32,000 bases of DNA from Paracoccus suum (GTDB lineage: Bacteria > Pseudomonadota > Alphaproteobacteria > Rhodobacterales > Rhodobacteraceae): contig NZ_CP030918.1 of assembly GCF_003324675.1 (NCBI RefSeq), positions 2,220,001 through 2,252,000 of the forward strand, read 5' to 3'. Below the pieces are notes generated by a model. It had not been told where the DNA came from. It worked only from the letters and a program-made list of their open reading frames with translations, and did not search any database. A program made the position numbers and the translations under genes. Below, in pieces: positions 18,716-25,602 of this stretch. Positions within the stretch are counted from its first letter, which is position 1, and each line of letters opens with the position of its first letter.

Positions 18716-19429
18716 TCAGAGCTCGATCTGCGTGCCCGGTAGCACCGAGGGGATCGGTGCGGCCAGCGGCGGCGGGTCGTTGGGCGCAGTCGTATCGGGC
18801 GCCATCGGAGCCGGAGGCGTGGTCGGCTGGACCGTTCCAGGAGGCGAGGTTGCCGGCGGCGTTGTGCCGGGCGTGTCCTGCGGCGTCGTCAGATCGCGCA
18901 ACGCGTTGCTGGCCGGCGGCGGCGGGGCATCGGCGCGACGGCGGATCAGGATGTCGCCATTCGGCAGCCGCTCGGGTGTCTGGTAGTTGTGGATGTCATC
19001 AACCAGCGAGCCGAGGTCCTCCAGCGCGGGGCCGAACTTGTTGGCAACGCCATCAAGGCCGCGCGCCATCTCCTCGAAAGTCGGCTGCATCTCGGTCAGC
19101 AGGTTGTCGAGAAGGATCCCAGCGCCGCGTTCGATCAGATCGGCGCCAGCCTCGGGCGGGGCCGGGGTCGGCGAGGGCGCCTGTATCCGCACCTGGGGCG
19201 GTGGCGGGGCAGTCTGTTGCCAGCCCGGCGCCGGCACGACGATGATCGGCGGCTGCGGGGCGGGAACGCGAACGGGCGGGGTCGCCTGGACCGGGGGTAG
19301 CGGCACCGCGAGCGGATCGAACTGCTGCGCCGGCGCGAGTGGTACCACCCGTTCGGCCAAAGCCAGGCCTGGCAGAACAAGGGCGCTGAGCGAGGAGATC
19401 AGCAGCGGGCGAAGGTTGAAGAGACGCAT
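18716..19429 (-). CDS. Secreted proline-rich protein of unknown function
   Basis: Start re-picked at MRLFNLRPLLISSLSALVLPGLALA (signal peptide). Pro-rich N- and C-terminal tracts flank a short helical core (LIERGAGILLDNLLTEMQPTFEEMARGLDGVANKFGPALEDLGSLVDD). Confidence 0.55.
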   Translation of the reverse strand: MRLFNLRPLLISSLSALVLPGLALAERVVPLAPAQQFDPLAVPLPPVQATPPVRVPAPQPPIIVVPAPGWQQTAPPPPQVRIQAPSPTPAPPEAGADLIERGAGILLDNLLTEMQPTFEEMARGLDGVANKFGPALEDLGSLVDDIHNYQTPERLPNGDILIRRRADAPPPPASNALRDLTTPQDTPGTTPPATSPPGTVQPTTPPAPMAPDTTAPNDPPPLAAPIPSVLPGTQIEL

Positions 19430-19519
19430 GGCGCGGCCTTTCATAGGGGCGCAACGGAGGGCGCGAACGAGGGGCGCAGGCAACGAGGGAAACCCGCCGC
19501 GCCGCGCCCGGTTCCGCTG

Positions 19520-20233
19520 CTAGACACTCGGATGGCGGGCCTGAAAGGCCTGCCACGCTGCGTTGATGCGGCGGGTGCGGGCCTCGGCCAGGCGCACGGC
19601 CTCGGGCGGCAGGCCGCGGGCGATGGCGCGGTCGGGATGCGCCTCGAGGATCAGGGCGCGATATTTCTGGCGTGCCGCCGCCATCGGCGTGTCCGGAGCG
19701 ATGCCCAGAACGGTGCAAGGGGCGCAGCCGGCCGGGTCGTGGCGTTCGATGATGGCTTTGACCACGGCGGCGGGCAGGCCGAAGATCTCGCCGACCTGGG
19801 CGATGAAGCCGCGCTCGGCCGGGCCGACATTGCCGTCGGCGGCGGCGATGATGGCCAGCCCCTCGATCACGTCGGTCAGGACCGGATCACCAGGCTCGAA
19901 CAGGCGCACGAGGCGGTTGGCCCAAGCGTCAAATCCCGCCGGGGTCTGGCGGGCCAGATCGAAAAGGCGCGCGGCGTTCTTTTCCTCGGCGCGGGGGATG
20001 ACGAAGATTCGGCGGAAGGCGGCGACCTCCGAACGCTTCACCTCGCCATCGACCTTGGCGAGTTTGGCCCCGAGGGCAATGACAGCAATCGAGAAGGCGA
20101 CCGAGCGTTCGGGCGGCAGCGCGGGGTCGGCGCGGCCGATGAAGGCCGCGACGCGGTCGGCCAGACGTCCCCAGAAGCCGCGTTGGGGCGGCAGTCGCGG
20201 GACAGTCGAAAAGGGGCCAGGCTGATCGAGCAT
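19520..20233 (-). CDS. DjlA-like co-chaperone (TerB-like domain + C-terminal J domain)
   Basis: The C-terminus TVLGIAPDTPMAAARQKYRALILEAHPDRAIARGLPPEAVRLAEARTRRINAAWQAF is a J domain with HPD. The central region (LGAKLAKVDGEVKRSEVAAFRRIF...IIAAADGNVGPAERGFI) is TerB-like. Confidence 0.75.
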   Translation of the reverse strand: MLDQPGPFSTVPRLPPQRGFWGRLADRVAAFIGRADPALPPERSVAFSIAVIALGAKLAKVDGEVKRSEVAAFRRIFVIPRAEEKNAARLFDLARQTPAGFDAWANRLVRLFEPGDPVLTDVIEGLAIIAAADGNVGPAERGFIAQVGEIFGLPAAVVKAIIERHDPAGCAPCTVLGIAPDTPMAAARQKYRALILEAHPDRAIARGLPPEAVRLAEARTRRINAAWQAFQARHPSV

Positions 20234-20429
20234 GTCCCCAGCCTAAGCCGCGGGGCGGCGGCTGGCCAGCCGCCCGAGGCACCCCCGCGCGCGGCAGACC
20301 GTCGCGTCACGCGGATCGACGCGTGCGACGCGCGGATCTGCGCCATTTCGTGACGCAACGTCATTTGACGGCTTCCCATCTCGGGCCAAACATGCCCGAA
20401 TACTCCTCAGGGTTGCAGAGGGGGAGACC

Positions 20430-23324
20430 ATGAACCGTTTTCTGGGATGTGTTGGCGCCGGGCTGCTGATTGCTGCCGGGCCCGCCTGGGCGGATTTGCC
20501 GTCGTCGGCAACGCATGAGGCGATGGACGTGCCCGGTCTGGAAAAGCCAGCCGAAATCATCGTCGACCAATGGGGCGTGCCGCATATCTATGCCGGCACC
20601 GACCGCGATGCGCTGTTCCTACAAGGCTACAATGCCGCCCGCGACCGGCTGTGGCAGATCGACCTGTGGCGCAAGCGCGGCCTGGGCAAGCTGTCGGAGA
20701 GCTTTGGTGACGCCTTCGTCGCGCAGGACCGCGCCGCGCGCATGTTCCTTTATCGCGGCGACATCGAGGCGGAATGGGCCGCTTATGGCCCGAACGGCAA
20801 AGCATATGCCGCTGCTTTCGTCGACGGCGTGAACGCCTATGTTCAGCAGGTCCTGGATGGCGATCGGCCCATGCCGGTCGAGTTCGGGCTGACAGGCTCT
20901 AAACCCTCGATTTGGGAGCCTGAGGACGTGGTGCGCATTCGCAGCCATGGCCTGACCCGGAACGCCGCCTCGGAGGTTGACCGCGCGCGGATCACCTGCG
21001 GCAAGGACATCGAGGCCGACCGTCTGCGCCAGAAGCTGGAGCCGGAATGGACCCCCATGGTGCCCGAGGGCCTCGATCCCTGCTCGATCCCCGAGGATGT
21101 CTTGAAGGATTACGAACTGGCGACCCAGAACGTGAAGTTCGAGGTTCCGAAGGCGGATGGGGCGGCTGCGCCGGCTGGAGCGGAAGCCGCGAGCGGCTCG
21201 GCCGCGCCGGCCGCAGGCGCGACCTCCGGAACCGAGGCTGCGGCGCCAGCGGCCGCACCGGCCGATCCGGCTGCGGCAACGCCCGCCGACGCGACTGCGA
21301 CCCCGACGGCGGAGCCTGCTGCGGGCGAGACGCCCGCCAACGATACCGCCGTGCCCAACGATGATGCGGCAGCCGCGCCCGAGCCGGCCGACGCACCCGC
21401 AGATGCTGCGACTGACGCATCGGCCAGTGGCGGTACTGATACCGTCCCCGGCGCAGCTGACGCGCCGGCCGGAGCCGCGGCTGATGCCCCAGCCGACGCG
21501 CCGGCCGACACCTCCGCGGACGCCCCGGCCGAGCCCGCCGCGCCTGCGGCATCAGACCCAGCGGCGTCGCCCCTGGTCCCCGCGGCCCCGGACCCTGCGG
21601 CTCCTGCGAGCCACGAGAACGGCCAGTCCTCGGGCGACAAGCAATCCGCCCTGAAGCCGGCCGATTTCCTGCGCGAGGTCGCGGCCGAGGTTCACGAGAT
21701 TGGCTCGAACAACTGGACCATCGCCCCCTCACGCACGGCGACGGGCCGCCCGATACTCGCGAACGACCCGCACCGCGCGCATGGCGTGCCGTCGCTGCGT
21801 TATGTCGTGCATCTGAACTCGCCGGGCATGTCCGTCATTGGCGCGGGCGAGCCGGCACTGCCCGGCATCTCGATCGGGCATAATGACAAGATCGGCTTTG
21901 GCCTGACGATCTTTGCGGTCGATCAGGAGGATATCTTTGTCTACGAGCTGAACCCCGACAACCCCGACCAATACCGCTACAACGGCGAGTGGGTCGACAT
22001 GGAGGTCGTGCGCGACACCATCCCGGTGCGGGATGGCGAGGCGCAGGAAGTCGAGATGCGGTTCACCCGGCACGGCCCGGTGCTGAAGGTCGACGCCGAG
22101 AACAACCGCGCATTCGCCTTCCGCAGCGTCTGGTTCGAGCCGGGCACCTCGGCCTATTTCGGCTCGGTCGACTATATGGGCGCCAAGAATTGGGACGAAT
22201 TCCGCACGGCGATGGCACGCTTTTCGGCCCCGTCCGAGAACCAGGTCTATGCGGACACCGATGGCAACATCGGCTGGATCGTCGGGGCGATGTCGCCGTT
22301 GCGCAAGAACTGGGACGGGCTGCTGCCGGTGCCGGGCGATGGTCGGTACGAGTGGGGCTTCCTCGAACGTTCGGAACTGCCCTCGGTCTACAATCCCGAG
22401 GCCGGGTATTTCGCCACGGCCAACCAGATGAACCTGCCCGAGGGCTATCCCTACAAGGAGAACAAGGTCGGGTTCGAATGGTCCGATCCGGCGCGGTTCA
22501 ACCGCATTACCGAGGTGCTGTCGGCCAATGACAAGGTCACGCTGGCCGATTCGATGGCGCTGCAGAATGACGACAACAGTCTGATGCAGCGGCGGCTGGT
22601 CGCGCTCTACAAGGGCGTGAACTTGCCGGAGACAGCGCCGCAGGCCGAGCGCGATGCGCTGGCGCTGATCCAGGGGTGGGATGGCGTGACGGCGGCTGAC
22701 AGCGGCGCGGCCGCGGTGGGCGAGGTGCTGTTGAGCAAGCATCTGGTCCCGACAGCAGCGCCCCGCGTGCTGGACGCGCCGCTGGCCGAACTGCTGGGCA
22801 GGGGCGCGATCACGCCGATCATGGACCTGATGGAGGCGCCGGATGATCGTCTCGGGTCGGACCCCGCGGCGGCACGCGACGAGATCCTCGCCAAGGCGCT
22901 GAGCGGGGCGGTCACCGAAACGACCGAGCTGTTGGGCGAGGACCAGGCCAACTGGCAGTGGGGGGACATCCACAAGGGCAAGTTCACCAGTTCGGTCGCG
23001 GGTTTGGCGCGGCCGGGGCGGGCGAGCCAGCTGAACGTCGGGCCGCTGTCGATGGGCGGGTCGGCCTACAGTCCCCGCGCGGCCAGCTATAACGACAAGT
23101 TCGAGGTCACCTCGGGCGCGTCGTTCCGCATGGTCCTGGATGTCGGCAACTGGGACGCCAGCCGGTTCGTCAACACCCCGGGCCAGTCCGGCGATCCGAT
23201 GAGCGCGCATTATCGCGACCTGGCGCCGCTGTGGGCCGCGGGCGATTACGCGCCGCTGGTCTATTCGCGCGAGGCAGTCGAGGCCGCGGCCGAGCATGTG
23301 ATCGAGCTGAAGCCCGCGTCCTAA
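20430..23324 (+). CDS. Penicillin acylase family (Ntn hydrolase S45; includes AHL acylases) protein with expanded spacer
   Basis: Signal peptide, then IIVDQWGVPHIYAGTDRDALFLQGYNAARDRLWQIDLWRKRG (alpha subunit). EIGSNNWTIAPSRTATGRPILANDPH follows (beta-subunit N-terminal nucleophile Ser at 21705-21707), then a long conserved beta subunit. Confidence 0.9.
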   Translation: MNRFLGCVGAGLLIAAGPAWADLPSSATHEAMDVPGLEKPAEIIVDQWGVPHIYAGTDRDALFLQGYNAARDRLWQIDLWRKRGLGKLSESFGDAFVAQDRAARMFLYRGDIEAEWAAYGPNGKAYAAAFVDGVNAYVQQVLDGDRPMPVEFGLTGSKPSIWEPEDVVRIRSHGLTRNAASEVDRARITCGKDIEADRLRQKLEPEWTPMVPEGLDPCSIPEDVLKDYELATQNVKFEVPKADGAAAPAGAEAASGSAAPAAGATSGTEAAAPAAAPADPAAATPADATATPTAEPAAGETPANDTAVPNDDAAAAPEPADAPADAATDASASGGTDTVPGAADAPAGAAADAPADAPADTSADAPAEPAAPAASDPAASPLVPAAPDPAAPASHENGQSSGDKQSALKPADFLREVAAEVHEIGSNNWTIAPSRTATGRPILANDPHRAHGVPSLRYVVHLNSPGMSVIGAGEPALPGISIGHNDKIGFGLTIFAVDQEDIFVYELNPDNPDQYRYNGEWVDMEVVRDTIPVRDGEAQEVEMRFTRHGPVLKVDAENNRAFAFRSVWFEPGTSAYFGSVDYMGAKNWDEFRTAMARFSAPSENQVYADTDGNIGWIVGAMSPLRKNWDGLLPVPGDGRYEWGFLERSELPSVYNPEAGYFATANQMNLPEGYPYKENKVGFEWSDPARFNRITEVLSANDKVTLADSMALQNDDNSLMQRRLVALYKGVNLPETAPQAERDALALIQGWDGVTAADSGAAAVGEVLLSKHLVPTAAPRVLDAPLAELLGRGAITPIMDLMEAPDDRLGSDPAAARDEILAKALSGAVTETTELLGEDQANWQWGDIHKGKFTSSVAGLARPGRASQLNVGPLSMGGSAYSPRAASYNDKFEVTSGASFRMVLDVGNWDASRFVNTPGQSGDPMSAHYRDLAPLWAAGDYAPLVYSREAVEAAAEHVIELKPAS
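21153..21610 (+). repeat. Low-complexity Ala/Pro/Asp/Thr/Glu-rich coding tract with imperfect 12-nt (PADA-like) periodicity
   Basis: About 150 codons made almost only of A, P, D, T, E, G and S (for example DAPADAPADTSADAPAEPAAPAASDPAA). They sit inside the acylase ORF between the alpha domain and the nucleophile Ser. Confidence 0.8.
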
Positions 23325-23358
23325 ACTGCCGCCTGGCCGCGGAGCGGGAAATTCCTGG

Positions 23359-23397
23359 AAAGCCGGCAGGGAGACCTCTGCCGGCTTTCGCTTTGTT
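23359..23397 (+). terminator. Rho-independent terminator of the acylase gene
   Basis: Perfect 11-bp stem aaagccggcag / ctgccggcttt with an 8-nt loop, followed by a T-rich tail (tttcgctttgtt). Confidence 0.8.
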
Positions 23398-23629
23398 GGA
23401 TGGAGAGTCGGCACGCGATGGTCGAGTGTTCGATCGGTCTATTCAGCGTGCCCCTTTAGGCCTCGTCACGGAGTGTGTGCGTGATGACAGTCGATGGACT
23501 TCCCGATTCCCGCAGGTCGCGTCGGCGTTGCTGGGCGAGATCCAGACGGTGTTGCGGGGGTGTTGCGCGCCGTGGCGCCAGTAAACGCTGGGAAACAAGC
23601 GGTTAACCGTGCGCCCTCGGGCCGCCAGA

Positions 23630-23658
23630 TTGACTTGGCGAACGGTGCGGGGTACAAC
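23630..23658 (+). promoter_or_regulatory. Candidate sigma70-type promoter upstream of the GTA cluster (TTGACT-17 nt-TACAAC)
   Basis: TTGACT at 23630-23635, an exactly 17-nt spacer, then TACAAC at 23653-23658. Found by eye, with no experimental or comparative support. Confidence 0.3.
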
Positions 23659-23685
23659 AACGACATGCTGGGAGAGGTGGGCAAG

Positions 23686-23720
23686 CGGCCGGGTCGGGAA
23701 CGACCGACGGGCCGTTTTTT
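23686..23720 (+). terminator. Intrinsic terminator / attenuator hairpin in the GTA leader
   Basis: cggcc-gg-gtcgg gaacga ccgac-g-ggccg forms 5 + 5 bp with a small internal loop and a hexaloop. It is immediately followed by tttttt (23715-20) and lies 49 nt upstream of the g1 ORF. Orientation is plus-strand only. Confidence 0.6.
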
Positions 23721-23768
23721 CATGTCTCGCGCCTGTGCGGACGGGCCCTGAGGCAGGACAACCAAAGA

Positions 23769-24212
23769 ATGACAGTGATGTGCAACCGTGGCCTTCAGGC
23801 TGCGGACGGACCCTATGTGCCGGGACAAGGCCAAGGGTCAAAGGATGGCGAGGCGGTCCGCATCAGTCCGGAATCGGGCTGCGCCGGAGGGACCGAGGAC
23901 GTCGACCTGGAGGACGTGATCCGTCAGGCATTCGGAACGGTCGGCGGCCTGTTCAACAGCTGCGCCGACAAGATGCAGGCGATGAATGACCGGTTCGACC
24001 GGGGCGAGCTCGACGACCTGAAGGACGCGGTCAAGCTGGCGCGCGAAATGCGCGGCGCAACCCTCGTCATGATCGAGGAGAGGAATCGCATTGAAAAACT
24101 TCGCAAGGATGTTGCCGGGGGATGCGGCGGCGCAGGCGCCCTCGACCTTGACGCAGCACGAGAGGAAATCGGGCGCAGGCTGGCTTGCCTGCGCCGCGCC
24201 GCAGGAGGTTGA
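23769..24212 (+). CDS. g1: GTA g1 (small-terminase-like protein of RcGTA-type clusters); start uncertain
   Basis: The call rests on position directly upstream of terL and a helical charged sequence (ELDDLKDAVKLAREMRGATLVMIEERNRIEKLRKD...LDLDAAREEIGRRLACLRR). Coding-like GC3 only becomes clear from about 23890, so in-frame GTG 23817, GTG near 23907 or ATG near 23970 are alternative starts. Confidence 0.55.
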   Translation: MTVMCNRGLQAADGPYVPGQGQGSKDGEAVRISPESGCAGGTEDVDLEDVIRQAFGTVGGLFNSCADKMQAMNDRFDRGELDDLKDAVKLAREMRGATLVMIEERNRIEKLRKDVAGGCGGAGALDLDAAREEIGRRLACLRRAAGG

Positions 24213-25509
24213 CGCCTTCCTCGGCGGGCTGAGCGACAATGCCCTGGCGGCATTGCCCTGGCTGTTCGAATTCTGGGCGCTGCCGCACCAGTTGCCCCCC
24301 GAGGGCGACTGGAAATCCTGGGTCATCATGGGCGGGCGCGGGGCGGGCAAGACCCGCGCCGGCTCGGAATGGGTGCGGCGCATGGTCGAGGGCACCACGG
24401 CCACGGCCCTCGGCGCGGCCCGGCGCGTCGCGCTGATTGGCGAGACCATGGACCAGGCCCGCGAGGTGATGATTTTTGGCGAGAGCGGCATCCTGGCATG
24501 TTCGCCCCCAGACCGGCGGCCGGTCTGGGAGGCGACGCGCCACCGCCTGGTATGGGCCAATGGCGCCACCGCCTCGGTGTATTCGGCGCATGAGCCGGAG
24601 GCCCTGCGCGGCCCTCAGTTCGATGCCGCCTGGGTCGACGAGCTGGCCAAGTGGAAAAAGGCCGAGGATACTTGGGATATGCTGCAGTTCGCGTTGCGGC
24701 TGGGCAGCCATCCCCAGCAGGTCATCACCACCACGCCGCGCAATGTCGCCGTGTTGAAGCGGATCCTGGGCAATGCCTCAACCGTAACGACCCATGCGCC
24801 GACCGACGCCAACCGCGCCTATTTGGCGGAGAGTTTTCTGGCCGAGGTCGAGACCCGCTATGGCGGCACGCGCCTTGGCCGGCAGGAACTGGACGGCGCG
24901 CTGCTCGACGATGTCGAGGGCGCGCTGTGGACCCAGGCGATGCTGGAGGGCTGCCGCGTCGCGCGGCCGCAGAAGCTGTCGCGGATCGTGGTCGCGGTCG
25001 ATCCGGCCGTCACCGGCGGCAAGGCCAGCGATGAATGCGGCATCATCGTCGCCGGCGTCGTAGCCGAAGGCGATCCTTCGCAATGGCGGGCCTATGTGCT
25101 GCAGGACGCGACCGTAAGGGGCGGCCCGACCGACTGGGCGCGGGCGGCGATTGCCGCCGTCGACCGGCACCGGGCCGAGCGGCTGGTGGCCGAGGTGAAC
25201 CAAGGCGGCGATCTGGTCGAGAGCGTCATCCGGCAGGTCGATCCGCTGGTCCCGTTTCGGGGCCTTCGCGCGGGTCGCGGCAAAGGCCTGCGGGCCGAGC
25301 CGGTTGCCGCCCTCTACGAGCAGGGGCGGATCAAGCATGTCGCGGGGGGCCGGTTCGGCGCGCTCGAGGATCAGATGTGCCAGATGACGGTCCGAGGCTT
25401 TGAGGGGCAGGGGAGCCCCGACCGGGTCGATGCGCTGGTCTGGGCGATCCACGAGCTGATGATCGAGCCGGCCCAGGGCTGGCGCCGGCCGCAGGTGCGG
25501 ATGCTTTAG
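24091..25509 (+). CDS. g2: GTA large terminase (TerL)
   Basis: LPWLFEFWALPHQLPPEGDWKSWVIMGGRGAGKTRAGSEWV (Walker A), then DELAKW (Walker B-like) and a C-terminal nuclease region. TTG 24091 is preceded by GAGGAGAGGA with a 6-nt spacing; ATG 24109 is an alternative start. Confidence 0.9.
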   Translation: MKNFARMLPGDAAAQAPSTLTQHERKSGAGWLACAAPQEVDAFLGGLSDNALAALPWLFEFWALPHQLPPEGDWKSWVIMGGRGAGKTRAGSEWVRRMVEGTTATALGAARRVALIGETMDQAREVMIFGESGILACSPPDRRPVWEATRHRLVWANGATASVYSAHEPEALRGPQFDAAWVDELAKWKKAEDTWDMLQFALRLGSHPQQVITTTPRNVAVLKRILGNASTVTTHAPTDANRAYLAESFLAEVETRYGGTRLGRQELDGALLDDVEGALWTQAMLEGCRVARPQKLSRIVVAVDPAVTGGKASDECGIIVAGVVAEGDPSQWRAYVLQDATVRGGPTDWARAAIAAVDRHRAERLVAEVNQGGDLVESVIRQVDPLVPFRGLRAGRGKGLRAEPVAALYEQGRIKHVAGGRFGALEDQMCQMTVRGFEGQGSPDRVDALVWAIHELMIEPAQGWRRPQVRML

Positions 25510-25551
25510 CAAGGTCGGAGTCTGCGGACCGCTGACGTGGCGGAGACAAGG

Positions 25552-25585
25552 AAGGGCTGGCGATCCGCCGGCCCTTTTGCTTTTT
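25552..25585 (+). terminator. Terminator-like hairpin plus T tract between terL and portal
   Basis: aagggctggcg atc cgccggccctt forms 11 bp including one G-U pair. It is followed by ttgcttttt and lies inside the 93-nt terL-portal spacer. Confidence 0.45.
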
Positions 25586-25602
25586 GTGATGGAGGACGCG
25601 AG

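Noticed and set aside
21110-21640. Ala/Ser/Gly-rich 176-aa antisense ORF and other frames across the acylase low-complexity tract
   Set aside because: These are mirror-image artefacts of the GC-rich GCN/CCN/GAC repeat tract in the acylase frame. The acylase frame is continuous with conserved domains on both sides.
23603-23610. Near-matches to the CtrA half-site: TTAACCGT in the GTA leader and TTAACCCA at 7328-7335 upstream of the H-NOX gene
   Set aside because: Each has one or two mismatches to TTAACCAT, and an 8-mer alone is too weak. In R. capsulatus, CtrA control of the GTA cluster is reported to be indirect. Only the exact match at 11995-12002 is reported, at low confidence.
23443-23841. 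ORFs in the GTA leader: 23443-23841 and 23466-23834 on minus, 23494-23751 and 23609-23989 on plus
   Set aside because: The translations are Arg/Pro-rich with no protein-like pattern. Hand-counted GC3 for 23494-23751 is only about 70%, against 85-90% in real genes here. That ORF would also have to read through the terminator hairpin and U6 tract. The region is treated as non-coding regulatory DNA.
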